DNA of 64,000 bases from an uncultured Chloroflexota bacterium. Lineage in GTDB: Bacteria > Chloroflexota > Dehalococcoidia > UBA2979. A model generated the notes under the pieces. The model ran no database searches and was not told where the DNA came from. It saw nothing but the letters and a program-made list of their open reading frames with translations. Location of the stretch: positions 6,754-70,753 of the forward strand of contig CAJXBM010000001.1 of assembly GCA_913051185.1 (NCBI GenBank), given 5' to 3'. This document shows, in pieces, positions 47,975-57,819 of this stretch (its first letter is position 1; every line of letters starts with the position of its first letter). The translations under genes were made by a program, and so were the position numbers.

Positions 47975-49600
47975 GTGGGAATTATGACTGATAAGAATAC
48001 GAGTACTGATTTCGAAGTAGTGATTGTAGGCGCCGGATTTGCGGGCCTCTACATGCTTCATAAAATGCATGAGGCTGGCCGTACAGCAAGGGTTTATGAG
48101 GCTGGTACTGGTGTCGGTGGCACGTGGTATTGGAATCGCTATCCTGGGGCGCGGGTTGATATTCAGAGCGTCGAATATTCGTATTCCTTTTCGGAAGAGC
48201 TTCAGCAGGAATGGGAGTGGCCAGAAAAATATTCGGCTCAGCCAGATATCTTGAAGTACGCAAATCACGTAGCAGATCGATTTGATTTAAGGAAAGATAT
48301 TCAATTCGAAACCCGAGTTGAGAGTGCTATTTTTGACGAAGAAACAAATTCATGGAATGTCACGACGGATCAGGGTGATTCGGTAAAGGCCCAATTCTTC
48401 GTCATGGCGACTGGATGTCTTTCTGCTGCAAATAAGCCTGATATACCAGGTCGAGATAATTTTGCAGGCGATACTTATTTCACAGCGACTTGGCCAAAAG
48501 AGGGCGTGGATTTTGCAGGGAAAAGAGTTGGTTTGATTGGTACGGGTTCGTCAGCAGTGCAGTCAACGCCGGTTGTGGCTGAGGAAGCAGAATCACTGAC
48601 TGTATATCAGCGAACGGCAAGTTATTCGTTACCTTCGAACAACACACCGACTGATCCTGAATTCGTAGCTGAAATTAAAGCAAACTATGCCGACTTCCGT
48701 GCGGCTAATCGGAAGATGATGGCTGGTACCGGAGCTCAATACGCAGCCATGCTGCACGATCCGATACTGACCTACAGCAGTGAAGAGCAGGATCGTCTTC
48801 TCGAGGCCGCTTGGGATAAGGGCGGATTTACTTTCGCGTCAGTTTTTCCTGATGTTGTGACTGATTATGATGCGAATGAAGTTGCTGCTAATTTTGCCCG
48901 AAAGAAGATAGCCGAGATTGTTGAAGATGAAGCTACGGCAAAATTGTTAATGCCTGACATCGTAATTGGATGCAAACGGATGATTATAGACTCGGGATAT
49001 TACGAGACCTTCAATAGGCCCAATGTGGATCTTGTTGATATAAAAAGCAATCCAATAGATGAAATTACAGAGAGCGGAATTCGAGTGGGTGATGATCATC
49101 GAGAATTTGATGTGATCATTTTTGCCACTGGATTTGATGCGATGACTGGGTCGATCTTGAATGTTGATATTAGAGGTCGTGGGGGAGAGAGTATTCGAGA
49201 CGCATGGCATGCTGGACCTAGAACATATCTTGGACTTACAACTGTTGGCTTCCCAAACATGTTCGTTGTCACAGGACCAGGGAGCCCATCAGTGTTAACC
49301 AACATGATTGTATCTATTGAACAGCATGTTGAGTGGATTGATGAGTGTATTAATTACATGGACAACAATGAATTTTCAACGATTGATGCCAGTTTGCCTG
49401 CTCAAGATGCTTGGGTGGATCACGTTAATAAAGAGGCTGAGAATACGCTTAGGACTGATCCTAATTGTAATTCTTGGTATCTCGGCGCAAATGTTGAGGG
49501 GAAAACCAGAGTGTTTATGCCTTTAGCAGGCTTCCCAGCTTATAAGAAGAAATGTGATGAAGTTGTTGCAGCGGGTTACGAAGGATTCAGCCTGGTTTGA
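47975..49600 (+). CDS. Baeyer-Villiger (type I flavin-containing) monooxygenase
   Basis: 541 aa with two Rossmann GxGxxG motifs (VVIVGAGFAG, GLIGTGSSA) and the BVMO motif GGTWYWNRYPGARVD. The fingerprint reads FAGDTYFTATWP, with Phe in place of the usual His. Confidence 0.85.
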   Translation: MGIMTDKNTSTDFEVVIVGAGFAGLYMLHKMHEAGRTARVYEAGTGVGGTWYWNRYPGARVDIQSVEYSYSFSEELQQEWEWPEKYSAQPDILKYANHVADRFDLRKDIQFETRVESAIFDEETNSWNVTTDQGDSVKAQFFVMATGCLSAANKPDIPGRDNFAGDTYFTATWPKEGVDFAGKRVGLIGTGSSAVQSTPVVAEEAESLTVYQRTASYSLPSNNTPTDPEFVAEIKANYADFRAANRKMMAGTGAQYAAMLHDPILTYSSEEQDRLLEAAWDKGGFTFASVFPDVVTDYDANEVAANFARKKIAEIVEDEATAKLLMPDIVIGCKRMIIDSGYYETFNRPNVDLVDIKSNPIDEITESGIRVGDDHREFDVIIFATGFDAMTGSILNVDIRGRGGESIRDAWHAGPRTYLGLTTVGFPNMFVVTGPGSPSVLTNMIVSIEQHVEWIDECINYMDNNEFSTIDASLPAQDAWVDHVNKEAENTLRTDPNCNSWYLGANVEGKTRVFMPLAGFPAYKKKCDEVVAAGYEGFSLV

Positions 49601-49603
49601 CGG

Positions 49604-50566
49604 CTATAGCTTCGCCGACTGTTTATTAGCCAAGGCAATTGCCGAAAATGATTCGGTAATTGAACTTGCCCTGTCAGCATCGTTGATTAGTGGAGCGGCT
49701 AATACTTCTCCGCAGCCCTCACTGATGTAGGAAACTAATTTTTCAGCCACTTCGTCCTCAGTTCCTGAGATAACCAAATCATCTAGGAGCTCATCAGGAT
49801 AAGGATTACCCGCTATTTCAAACCCGGCTTCTTGGAACATCGCCTGATAGAAGGGAATTTCGCTGTACCGAGCGAGCTGCTCTTGAGCAAGATGTCTTGC
49901 CACCGAGCGATCACTACTCACGGCTATAGGTACATGAGCGATTAACGGTATTCTTTTATCTCTGTTGGCACTCTCCGCACCTCTATTGAGCGCAGGTAAA
50001 GCCTGCTCAATGAGGTAGGTTTTGGGACACATCCAAGATATAGCACCATCAGTCAATTCTCCACATAATGAGAAAGATTTTTGTCTAAGGGCGGATGCTA
50101 GGATTTCAACATTAATAGGTGATTTGATTGAGGTTCTTAAAGTCACCTGTTCACCTTCAAAATCTACAGTTCCATTGGCAAAAAGAGTTTTTAGCGATGT
50201 CAAATACTCTCTAAGATGCGTAAGTGGTTTATGCCATTGTGCTCCAATTGAACGAGTCATCATAGGTTTGTGTGAAGGACCCAATCCGAGTCTCAGTCTG
50301 CCTGGCGTCAGTTCTTCAAGTGCCACAGTTTGTTGCGCAATTGCAAGAGGATGTCGAGGCCATGTGGGAATGATGGCTGTTCCTCCAGCAATTTGTTTTG
50401 TTTGACTAAGCGCGGCACCTAGCGCAGTTAACGGATCTCCACCACCTGCTCCACCTATTGTCGCCCATGCAGTAGGGATTCCAAATTCTTCAGCTTCTGT
50501 AATCTGTGCGCAAAAATCGAGAGCACTACTTGCGCCAATTCCAACACCAATCTCATTCCAAGTCAT
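49604..50566 (-). CDS. LLM-class (luciferase-like) flavin/F420-dependent oxidoreductase
   Basis: 320 aa with a TIM-barrel LLM pattern (GVGIGAS..., RLRLGLGPSHKPMM). Confidence 0.75.
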   Translation of the reverse strand: MTWNEIGVGIGASSALDFCAQITEAEEFGIPTAWATIGGAGGGDPLTALGAALSQTKQIAGGTAIIPTWPRHPLAIAQQTVALEELTPGRLRLGLGPSHKPMMTRSIGAQWHKPLTHLREYLTSLKTLFANGTVDFEGEQVTLRTSIKSPINVEILASALRQKSFSLCGELTDGAISWMCPKTYLIEQALPALNRGAESANRDKRIPLIAHVPIAVSSDRSVARHLAQEQLARYSEIPFYQAMFQEAGFEIAGNPYPDELLDDLVISGTEDEVAEKLVSYISEGCGEVLAAPLINDADRASSITESFSAIALANKQSAKL

Positions 50567-50619
50567 TATCTGCTCGATTCTAAATAGATTTTTGGTCGTG
50601 TACTGCCGCTAGTATAGAG

Positions 50620-51168
50620 TCATGTCCAGAGATGTGGGTATTTCGTCCGATGGATCTCGATGAGTGACTGTATTTTTTGTTCGTGGATATCCAACTTGCA
50701 AAGCATGACTACGGCGTCTTCATGATTGTCCTTATAGTAATTTTTTAATTCTCCAATTTTCTCAAAAGCAAATTTTTCGTAGAGTAGTTGCGCAGACAGA
50801 TTGGACTTCCTGACTTCGAGGACAATTTTAGGAAGCAGTGCTGCGTTGGCTTGATCTACGACATCAAACATTAGCCGCTCTCCCATTCCTGACCTGCGGT
50901 AATTCGGGTGGATAGCTATGCTCACTAGATGTAGTTGATCGACCATGAACCAAACTCCGCTGTACCCAAAGATATTCTGTGCTCTCCTTTTGTTTTGGCT
51001 TTTGTGTTCGAGTGCAACTCTGTATTGTGCAAAACCATTTTCAAGCTCAGTTTCAAAGACCCTCTGTGGCCAGGCATCTTCAAATGCAACGGACTCAAGT
51101 TTTTTGACAGCCGCAATATCAGTTACTGCCATGTCGCGAATTGTTAGTAAAGTGTCAAATTTATTCAT
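50620..51168 (-). CDS. GNAT family N-acetyltransferase (RimI-like)
   Basis: 182 aa with acetyl-CoA motif A (IAIHPNYRRSGMGERLM). Confidence 0.8.
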   Translation of the reverse strand: MNKFDTLLTIRDMAVTDIAAVKKLESVAFEDAWPQRVFETELENGFAQYRVALEHKSQNKRRAQNIFGYSGVWFMVDQLHLVSIAIHPNYRRSGMGERLMFDVVDQANAALLPKIVLEVRKSNLSAQLLYEKFAFEKIGELKNYYKDNHEDAVVMLCKLDIHEQKIQSLIEIHRTKYPHLWT

Positions 51169-51221
51169 ATTTCATTTTCCTGATAAAAAGTAGCAACTGA
51201 TATTGACTTTAATGTGGTTAT

Positions 51222-52256
51222 TTAATTTTCACTTCTTTTTAGTAACCGTTTGAATGGGACATTGAGCAGAGTCATTGCGACCGCACCGGCGAGAAGGACC
51301 GTTGCCTGAATGAGTAAATGCGAGCCGATTGCGAGTCCAGCGGCTTCGGTTTCTTCTAGTCCGATCACCACGAATACTGCTGTAACTGCAATTTCATACG
51401 GGCCGATATCCCATGGAGTCAGTGGAATCGAGACAATTACGTTGGCCGCCATCATAAGTATTAGTGTTTCGGATATTGATAGACTAAGGCCAAAGGCGTA
51501 GGCGATACACCAGTAGACTAGTGCCTCAACGGCCCATGCACACAAAGCCACAAGTACGATTAAACTGGCATTTTTATTATCTCTAAGCGGCCTGAGTCCA
51601 TCTAGAACAGAATACTGAATCGCGCGCGCTCGTTTTTTTAGATTCGTGGGCAACCATTCAAGTGTTCGAATATCTTCGGCCCTAGCAACTTCTGAAGCTC
51701 TCGAAAGCATCAAAACTACACCAAAAATAGTCAAACCGAAGAAGACAAGTCCGACAGATAGATTACGTATTTCTGCGGGTAGTCCTGCGGTGAGGATTGT
51801 GACCAGGAGGAATATTGCAAATATCAATGCATCAAGAGCGCTTTCGAGGACGAATACGCCGCTAGCAAGAGTACCTCGCGGAATACCAAACCTTCTACTT
51901 GGTAACTCTACACGTAATAGATCTCCTGCCCGAAGTGGTAGAAGTGCATTGGCACTATTGGAAATGAGAAATACACCAATCAAGTAGCCTGGTGTTACCT
52001 GTTCTTGTTGTCTGACAAACATCCACCATCGAAATCCATGGACAATTTTCGATATCACAAAGAGGAATGAGGCGATAAGAGCCCATCTGATGTTGATTGT
52101 GCCAACGTACGCGAGGGAGTCTTTTAGATCGATGCGTGATGCGAAGATCAAAATCACTGTAACAGTGAAAATAAGTTGCACGGTCCAGCGGCTATATTGA
52201 TTCTTGAATAAGTCCTTCACCATGGACATATGCCACCAAACATTATCTAGCATCAA
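51222..52256 (-). CDS. UPF0104 / lysylphosphatidylglycerol-synthase-TM-like (flippase-like) membrane protein
   Basis: 344 aa polytopic protein. The motif RWWMFVRQQ...LISNSANALLPLRAGDLLRV is typical of the LPG_synthase_TM/UPF0104 family. Confidence 0.6.
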   Translation of the reverse strand: MMLDNVWWHMSMVKDLFKNQYSRWTVQLIFTVTVILIFASRIDLKDSLAYVGTINIRWALIASFLFVISKIVHGFRWWMFVRQQEQVTPGYLIGVFLISNSANALLPLRAGDLLRVELPSRRFGIPRGTLASGVFVLESALDALIFAIFLLVTILTAGLPAEIRNLSVGLVFFGLTIFGVVLMLSRASEVARAEDIRTLEWLPTNLKKRARAIQYSVLDGLRPLRDNKNASLIVLVALCAWAVEALVYWCIAYAFGLSLSISETLILMMAANVIVSIPLTPWDIGPYEIAVTAVFVVIGLEETEAAGLAIGSHLLIQATVLLAGAVAMTLLNVPFKRLLKRSEN

Positions 52257-52374
52257 TATCTGCAGATGCTAACTGCATTTGGTTAAAAGTTTAACTCTCG
52301 GGAGTTCAAAGCGAACGATTCTGTTGTGAAGTGAATTTGTTTCTGGCTGACACATTCCTCTATATTTGTTTTGT

Positions 52375-52393
52375 AAATAATCGAGTTCATAAT
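52375..52393 (+). promoter_or_regulatory. weak Fur-box-like AT-rich element (AATAATCGAGTTCATAATC; 12/19 to GATAATGATAATCATTATC) upstream of iron-chelate ABC operon
   Basis: Hand comparison to the Fur consensus. Match is low to moderate. Confidence 0.25.
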
Positions 52394-52563
52394 CTATTTG
52401 ACTTTAGTTTTATTTCACAGGATGTTCTTAAAGATTACAGACCCAGCCGGACAGAACGATATATTGTGAGTGAATCTGTTAGGAAAATCTTACGTATATC
52501 TCATCTTAATGAGAGAATTTTTATTGTCCGTATTTCTTTAAGACTTTATAAATAAATTAACGA

Positions 52564-52597
52564 AATTCTCACACATCGGAGAGAAAGTGTGAGAATT
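52564..52597 (+). promoter_or_regulatory. perfect 11-bp inverted repeat AATTCTCACAC-N12-GTGTGAGAATT immediately upstream/overlapping the start of the iron-chelate SBP gene (operator-like)
   Basis: Seen directly in the sequence. It lies within about 60 nt upstream of the likely TTG start at 52628. Confidence 0.5.
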
Positions 52598-52627
52598 ATT
52601 TTTTTGTGTAATGAAAGGGAGTATGAC

Positions 52628-53683
52628 TTGGGGTTACTTTTATTTAGGCAGAATATATTGTTTTTATTCACGATTAGCATAGGTATTGGACTCATGTTTT
52701 CGCTATCAGCTTGTGGCTCAGATTCCACCGATTCTAACAGCATGATGGAAGAAGCCACTGTATCTGCAACACAACAGGTTGCCACTGTTGCCGCAACTGC
52801 AGCGGCAGCCACCTCGAGTCCAACAGAATCTGCCATGCCTGATGCTTATTATCCTAAGACAGTAAAGGATCTATTAGACCGTGATGTCGACATAACTGTG
52901 ATGCCTGAGCGGATTGTGGCACTCAGTCCGTCAGCTCTCGAGTATTTATACGCTCTGGGCGGGGTAGCAGTGGGTCGCCCATCTTCTGCTCGTCACCCTG
53001 AGTCAGCTATGGCTGTTGAAGCAGTAGGAACGTCGTATGCACCAAACTTTGAATCAGTTTTGGGATTGAATCCAGATTTGATCATTGCTGATTCAGTGAT
53101 TCATGCTCAACCTAGATTTCTTGAGCAATTCAAAGGTCTGCCGGCGCCGGTATTCTTGGCGGGTGCAGCGTCTTACGGGGATGTTCTGAAAGCATTGGAA
53201 CATTTAGGTCTGGTATTAGATAGAAGCGATGAGGCTGAGGACGAAATTGCGAGAATAGAAACGGCTATGGAAACTGCTAAATCAGTCTTGACACCGGGCG
53301 CGAGCGCCATCGTTGTGATTGCTGACAGAGACAACACACTCTATGCAGCGAAGAATACTTCATTTGCTGGTGATGTCATGGATGAGCTTGGAGTGGTGAA
53401 TCCAGCCTCAGATCTTCCTGATGCCGGACCTTTTCCAGGATTTAGCACCGCGTCGATCGAAACACTTCTTAGATGGAACCCAGATTTTATTTTCACGATA
53501 ACGCCAGCACCTGAACCGGCTCCTCGCTTAAGTACTTTACTTCCCAGTATTCCACCTATGCGTGGTCTAAGTGCAGTTCAGTCCGGGAGTATATTGGAAC
53601 TTCCACTAGAATTAGCATTGCAGGCGCCTGGGCCTCGGGTCGATGAATTATTGAAATTGATTTCGGAGTCTTTGGCTCAGTAG
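52628..53683 (+). CDS. iron-siderophore/cobalamin-type ABC substrate-binding lipoprotein (FecB/FhuD/BtuF-like periplasmic binding protein)
   Basis: The track ORF starts at GTG 52589. TTG 52628 with AGGGAG at 6 nt gives a clean lipoprotein signal MGLLLFRQNILFLFTISIGIGLMFSLSAC. The Peripla_BP_2 body follows (IVALSPSALEYLYALGG, NPDLIIAD). Confidence 0.75.
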   Translation: MGLLLFRQNILFLFTISIGIGLMFSLSACGSDSTDSNSMMEEATVSATQQVATVAATAAAATSSPTESAMPDAYYPKTVKDLLDRDVDITVMPERIVALSPSALEYLYALGGVAVGRPSSARHPESAMAVEAVGTSYAPNFESVLGLNPDLIIADSVIHAQPRFLEQFKGLPAPVFLAGAASYGDVLKALEHLGLVLDRSDEAEDEIARIETAMETAKSVLTPGASAIVVIADRDNTLYAAKNTSFAGDVMDELGVVNPASDLPDAGPFPGFSTASIETLLRWNPDFIFTITPAPEPAPRLSTLLPSIPPMRGLSAVQSGSILELPLELALQAPGPRVDELLKLISESLAQ

Positions 53684-53692
53684 AACGGATAG

Positions 53693-54706
53693 TTGCTGAA
53701 AATTATCAGTGTTGATCTCATGGAATTCGTGAAGTCTACGGTTGTCAGAAACTTTTTGTTCCTGTTGTCGCTCGTATTGCTGGCTTTTTTATTCAGTTTG
53801 CAATTTGGGACCAGCTATTTCAGTCCAAGTGAGGTGATAAAGGGCTTAAGCACGGCTGATTCTGGAATCGATCGGACAATAATCTGGGAAATCAGATTAC
53901 CAAGATCTTTGTCTGCGGCACTAGTAGGAGCTGGTCTGGGACTTGCTGGGGCAATGCTGCAGGTGACGACGCGGAACCCTTTGGCTGATCCAGCGATTTT
54001 AGGAATTAGTGCGTTGGCAGGTCTTGCGCTGGCTCTTGTGGTAGTGGTTTTTCCGTTGGTTAACTCCTATATTCGAGGACTGGCTTGTATTGCAGGTGGG
54101 GTCACTGGTGGGGCATTGATATTGTTTTTATCGAGAGGCTTTGTGTCGCCATTGCGAATCACGATTGTTGGAGTTGCTGTTGGCGCTTTTGCATCTGCTT
54201 GTATTATCGGTCTAATTACGGGCTCACGTGTTGTGTTGGACTTAGCTCTCGGCTTCCTTGCGGGTGGCTTATATGGCGCTGGTTGGGAAGACGCATTTTG
54301 GTGGCTTGTATTTCTCCCATTGATGGGTTTGGGAATTATAGGCTTAGCCAATCGTTTGGATAATTTGACTCTGGGTGATGAGATAGCAATTAACTTAGGA
54401 GAGAATCCTGATCGTACTCGTGCGGCGGCCGTTCTCTTTAGCGGTTTGATGACGGGGATAGCTGTTTCAATTTCGGGCTTAGTTTCGTTCGTTGGCCTGG
54501 CTTCTCCACATATTGCACGAGCGATTGTTGGTCGTGGATCTTTAAACCTCTTTCTCGGCTCGATTTTGGTTGGAATTATTGTCATGCTTGCCGCCGATAC
54601 AGTCGCGCGAGTGGTAATTCGCCCCTCAGAACTCCCTGCTGGAATACTAACTGCATTCGTCGGCGCACCTATCTTAATTTACCTAGTGAGATCTAAATTG
54701 TCATGA
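53693..54706 (+). CDS. iron-chelate ABC permease (FecCD family)
   Basis: 337 aa with FecCD blocks (RLPRSLSAALVGAGLGLAGAMLQ, NPLADPAILGIS). Confidence 0.85.
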   Translation: MLKIISVDLMEFVKSTVVRNFLFLLSLVLLAFLFSLQFGTSYFSPSEVIKGLSTADSGIDRTIIWEIRLPRSLSAALVGAGLGLAGAMLQVTTRNPLADPAILGISALAGLALALVVVVFPLVNSYIRGLACIAGGVTGGALILFLSRGFVSPLRITIVGVAVGAFASACIIGLITGSRVVLDLALGFLAGGLYGAGWEDAFWWLVFLPLMGLGIIGLANRLDNLTLGDEIAINLGENPDRTRAAAVLFSGLMTGIAVSISGLVSFVGLASPHIARAIVGRGSLNLFLGSILVGIIVMLAADTVARVVIRPSELPAGILTAFVGAPILIYLVRSKLS

Positions 54707-55506
54707 ATAGTGAACCGATAATCGCTTGTAATAACTTAACTCTTGGGTATAAAGATACGGTCGTTATAAATTCTATCAACCTGGAAGTGCGTTCTGGTGA
54801 ACTTGTGTCGTTGCTGGGCCCTAACGCAAGTGGTAAGAGTACTTTATTACGTGGACTGAGCGGAATTCGATCTATTGATTCGGGCGAACTGAGTTTCTGT
54901 GGCCAAGCAATTTCCTCGATGACCGCTAGAGAACTTGCGAAGCATGTTGCTTTTCTTCCTCAATTTCCGTCTCAAGATTTAGATTTAACCGTGCGAGAGC
55001 TAGTTAGTAGAGGACGTTCGCCTTATCTGTCACGCTTTACGGTAACGGACTCAGACAACACTAAATTTGAAGTAGATCGTGCGATCAAATTAGTTGGACT
55101 GGAGGAGCTTGCTGAACGCATGCTAGGTTCACTTTCAGGTGGTGAAGCTCAGAGAGCGTGGATTGCCTTTGCACTTGTTAGGAATCCGAAGATATTAATG
55201 CTTGACGAACCAACCAGCCATCTCGATATTAGTTATCAGCGTGACCTGATGCGATTGCTGAAAGAACTCTGTCTGGATGGACTAGCTGTCGTCATAGTCC
55301 TGCATGATGTGTCTTTGGCCTTGGCTTATTCTGATCGAGTGGTCGGTTTAGACCAAGGCAAGATCATGTTCGATGGTGACGTTTTTAACGATCCGGAACC
55401 AGCTATTCAAACATTAAGCAAGCTATTTAGAATGAATTTGCTTTCGATACCGAGCTCTACGGGAAGGGCGCTGGTTGCACCTGATTGGATTAATCCAGAA
55501 GATTAG
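54703..55506 (+). CDS. iron-chelate ABC ATP-binding protein (FecE/FepC-like)
   Basis: 267 aa with Walker A GPNASGKST, LSGGEAQR and MLDEPTSHLD. Confidence 0.9.
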   Translation: MNSEPIIACNNLTLGYKDTVVINSINLEVRSGELVSLLGPNASGKSTLLRGLSGIRSIDSGELSFCGQAISSMTARELAKHVAFLPQFPSQDLDLTVRELVSRGRSPYLSRFTVTDSDNTKFEVDRAIKLVGLEELAERMLGSLSGGEAQRAWIAFALVRNPKILMLDEPTSHLDISYQRDLMRLLKELCLDGLAVVIVLHDVSLALAYSDRVVGLDQGKIMFDGDVFNDPEPAIQTLSKLFRMNLLSIPSSTGRALVAPDWINPED

Positions 55507-55528
55507 GGGATGAATTAAAGGAGCTTGG

Positions 55529-56857
55529 GTGCAGCAGCAGTTTTCCTCCCGTAATCAGGGTTCTATTATTCGCTCGTTAAGGCTGCTAGGACCCGCGGCG
55601 GTTAATGTATCTGCCCACGAGTGGATTACTCCAATTGTGGCTGCGTTTATGGCCCGTTCATTTAATCCAGAGGAGGCCGTTGCTGGCTATGCCCTCGCAC
55701 TCTCGCTAGCGTTTTTTTTGACACTTCCAAGACTTCGCATACAGGCGCTCACACTGGTATTTGTGGAGGATAATCAATCGTGGCGGGCAGTAGCGATATT
55801 CACGCTGATTTGTGCCGGAGTGGTAGTAGCAATAACTACTATAGTGGCGTTTACTCCTCTTAGTTCAATTATCTTCCTTGATTTATTCAGGATCGATAAA
55901 TCACTTGCTGACGAAGCGATGGCCGCTCTTAAAGTACTTACCTTGTGGGGATTGTTTTCGGTAATTCGAGGCCATTTGTATGGAGTTGCTCTGCGATTTG
56001 AAAGAGCTAGTCTACTGTGGCTGGGTGCGGCGACAGGTCTTGCGACCGCGACTCTAGTAAGTCTCTTTTTGTATAACTTTTTCCCGGAATTTAATTCTAG
56101 AATTGGAGCGATCGCGGTTACGTCCGCGGTGACACTTGAATGTGCAGTGGCATCAATCGGCCTGCTGGTGCGGCGCAAGCCTGAGTTGAAGATTGCACGT
56201 GTTCGACCTACCCAAAAGCGAATAATGCGCTTTTTCATCCCGTTGTTATTCGCAGCACTACTTCCTTCTCTAACCTTTCCCTTAATAAACTTTGCCATGG
56301 CCCGTAGCATTAACCCCGAGCTTTCAATAACTGCATTCACCCTTGCTTTCGGAGTCTTTTCAATAATGAGTATCCCATCGAACGGAATACAACCAACCAG
56401 TTTGGCGCTATTTGGACTGAAAGAATCTCCGCAGTTCATCAGATTTTTTGCGATAACAGTGGGAATTTTAACCGCCGTTCCGATAATTTTACTGGCTCTT
56501 AGTGATGCCGCCTCTGGGTGGGTTTTTGGGACGTTGCTTGGTGCAGATGATGCTGTTAAGACCATGTCGATTCAAGCGCTACAGGTTTTAATGCTGCTTC
56601 CCCCGTGGCTAGCTTTAGAGCAGCTTTATGCAGCTGCAATCATGAGCAATAAAGAGCCAAGAGGAATTGTGTATATCAACATGGGTAGACTTATTTTACT
56701 TTTACTATTGGTGTTTGGTTCTTTATTCCTCGATACCGCGGAAGGAGTGTTGGTTGGTTCTGGAATAATGTCACTGACGTTGCTAGCTGAGGCTATTTTT
56801 GCAGTCATTTTTGGTCGATCTGCATTTAGATCGCTAAGATTCAGGTATGCAAACTGA
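55529..56857 (+). CDS. MATE/MOP-superfamily polytopic transporter (putative exporter)
   Basis: GTG start with AAGGAG at 6 nt. 442 aa with about 12 TMS and a MATE-like N-terminal repeat (IIRSLRLLGPAAVNVSAHEWITPIVAAFMARSF). Confidence 0.5.
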   Translation: MQQQFSSRNQGSIIRSLRLLGPAAVNVSAHEWITPIVAAFMARSFNPEEAVAGYALALSLAFFLTLPRLRIQALTLVFVEDNQSWRAVAIFTLICAGVVVAITTIVAFTPLSSIIFLDLFRIDKSLADEAMAALKVLTLWGLFSVIRGHLYGVALRFERASLLWLGAATGLATATLVSLFLYNFFPEFNSRIGAIAVTSAVTLECAVASIGLLVRRKPELKIARVRPTQKRIMRFFIPLLFAALLPSLTFPLINFAMARSINPELSITAFTLAFGVFSIMSIPSNGIQPTSLALFGLKESPQFIRFFAITVGILTAVPIILLALSDAASGWVFGTLLGADDAVKTMSIQALQVLMLLPPWLALEQLYAAAIMSNKEPRGIVYINMGRLILLLLLVFGSLFLDTAEGVLVGSGIMSLTLLAEAIFAVIFGRSAFRSLRFRYAN

Positions 56858-56875
56858 ATAAGGCGATCAACCCGT

Positions 56876-57796
56876 ATGTCGATATACCTTCCTTTTTCTG
56901 ACGATGAGTACAAGATGTCTCTCGGTCTTAACGTGATTGATGAGAGCGACTGGCTGGAAGTTTCTGATTCAATCGATCAAGACCTGCAATTACGCGAGAA
57001 AGAGCGCCTTTTCGATTCATCACCGGAAGAGGTGTTTCGGGCCGAGGAGCTCGCATTTGAAGCATCACTTGAGACACTGCTACTCGTCATCTCTTCTCTT
57101 GAGGAACACCATCCCGTTCTCTATTTACGCGGACGTGAACTTGGCCTGATATCGGATCTGGATGCTGGGGGTTGGGAGAACTATTTCTTAACCCACCCTG
57201 GGACACATCCCTTATCGATTGCTTCTCGCTTGGTGACCGAGGATTTGTTACTGATGAAACCAGGAACTCAAGCTTCTGAAAATTATACTGATTCAGCATG
57301 GCGTTTGGCGGCTGGTTTTCTGGCTTTTCCGGCTGGCTGGTCACTTGAGGAGGCAATGGGAGAACCAACAATTGGAATTCATAAGCGTGTACCTGGTTAT
57401 GAAGAAGCACTTAATAATCAGGTGGATAAACTTTTTTATAGTTTGAAGCCGGAGCGTATTGTCGAACGACTCAATTGGTCTTTGACTCGCCATAAGGAAC
57501 TTTTTAGACATCACGGAAAATTTGAGACAGCACGTATTTCTGATATAAATAAAGAAAATGCTGGTCAAAAAATATGGTTACGGGTAGAGCGACAGACGTT
57601 TCGACGTCTTGAGCGGACCGGTCTAGTAGTCTTTGGTATAAGAACTCATATGAACAGGTTGGACTCTGCCATTACGAATTCAGGTGACGCTAGACAGTTG
57701 ATCTCTGCAATTGAGCAACTTCCAGAATCGGTGGTCCGATACAAGAGTATGGGGGTATTTCGAGAGCCATGTTTGGATTGGTTGGCGGGCATTTAG
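56876..57796 (+). CDS. DUF3445-like protein (family that includes heme-dependent oxidative N-demethylase alpha subunit), tentative
   Basis: 306 aa. The N-terminus YLPFSDDEYKMSLGLNVIDESDWLE and the EDLLLM block resemble DUF3445 as I remember it. Low certainty. Confidence 0.3.
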   Translation: MSIYLPFSDDEYKMSLGLNVIDESDWLEVSDSIDQDLQLREKERLFDSSPEEVFRAEELAFEASLETLLLVISSLEEHHPVLYLRGRELGLISDLDAGGWENYFLTHPGTHPLSIASRLVTEDLLLMKPGTQASENYTDSAWRLAAGFLAFPAGWSLEEAMGEPTIGIHKRVPGYEEALNNQVDKLFYSLKPERIVERLNWSLTRHKELFRHHGKFETARISDINKENAGQKIWLRVERQTFRRLERTGLVVFGIRTHMNRLDSAITNSGDARQLISAIEQLPESVVRYKSMGVFREPCLDWLAGI

Positions 57797-57819
57797 AAAC
57801 GGTATACCGCGTCTGATGA

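Noticed and set aside
52331-52555. 74-aa ORF in the AT-rich intergenic region upstream of the iron ABC operon
   Set aside because: Extreme AT bias and no RBS. The region is better explained as a promoter/operator region (Fur-like box, dyad).
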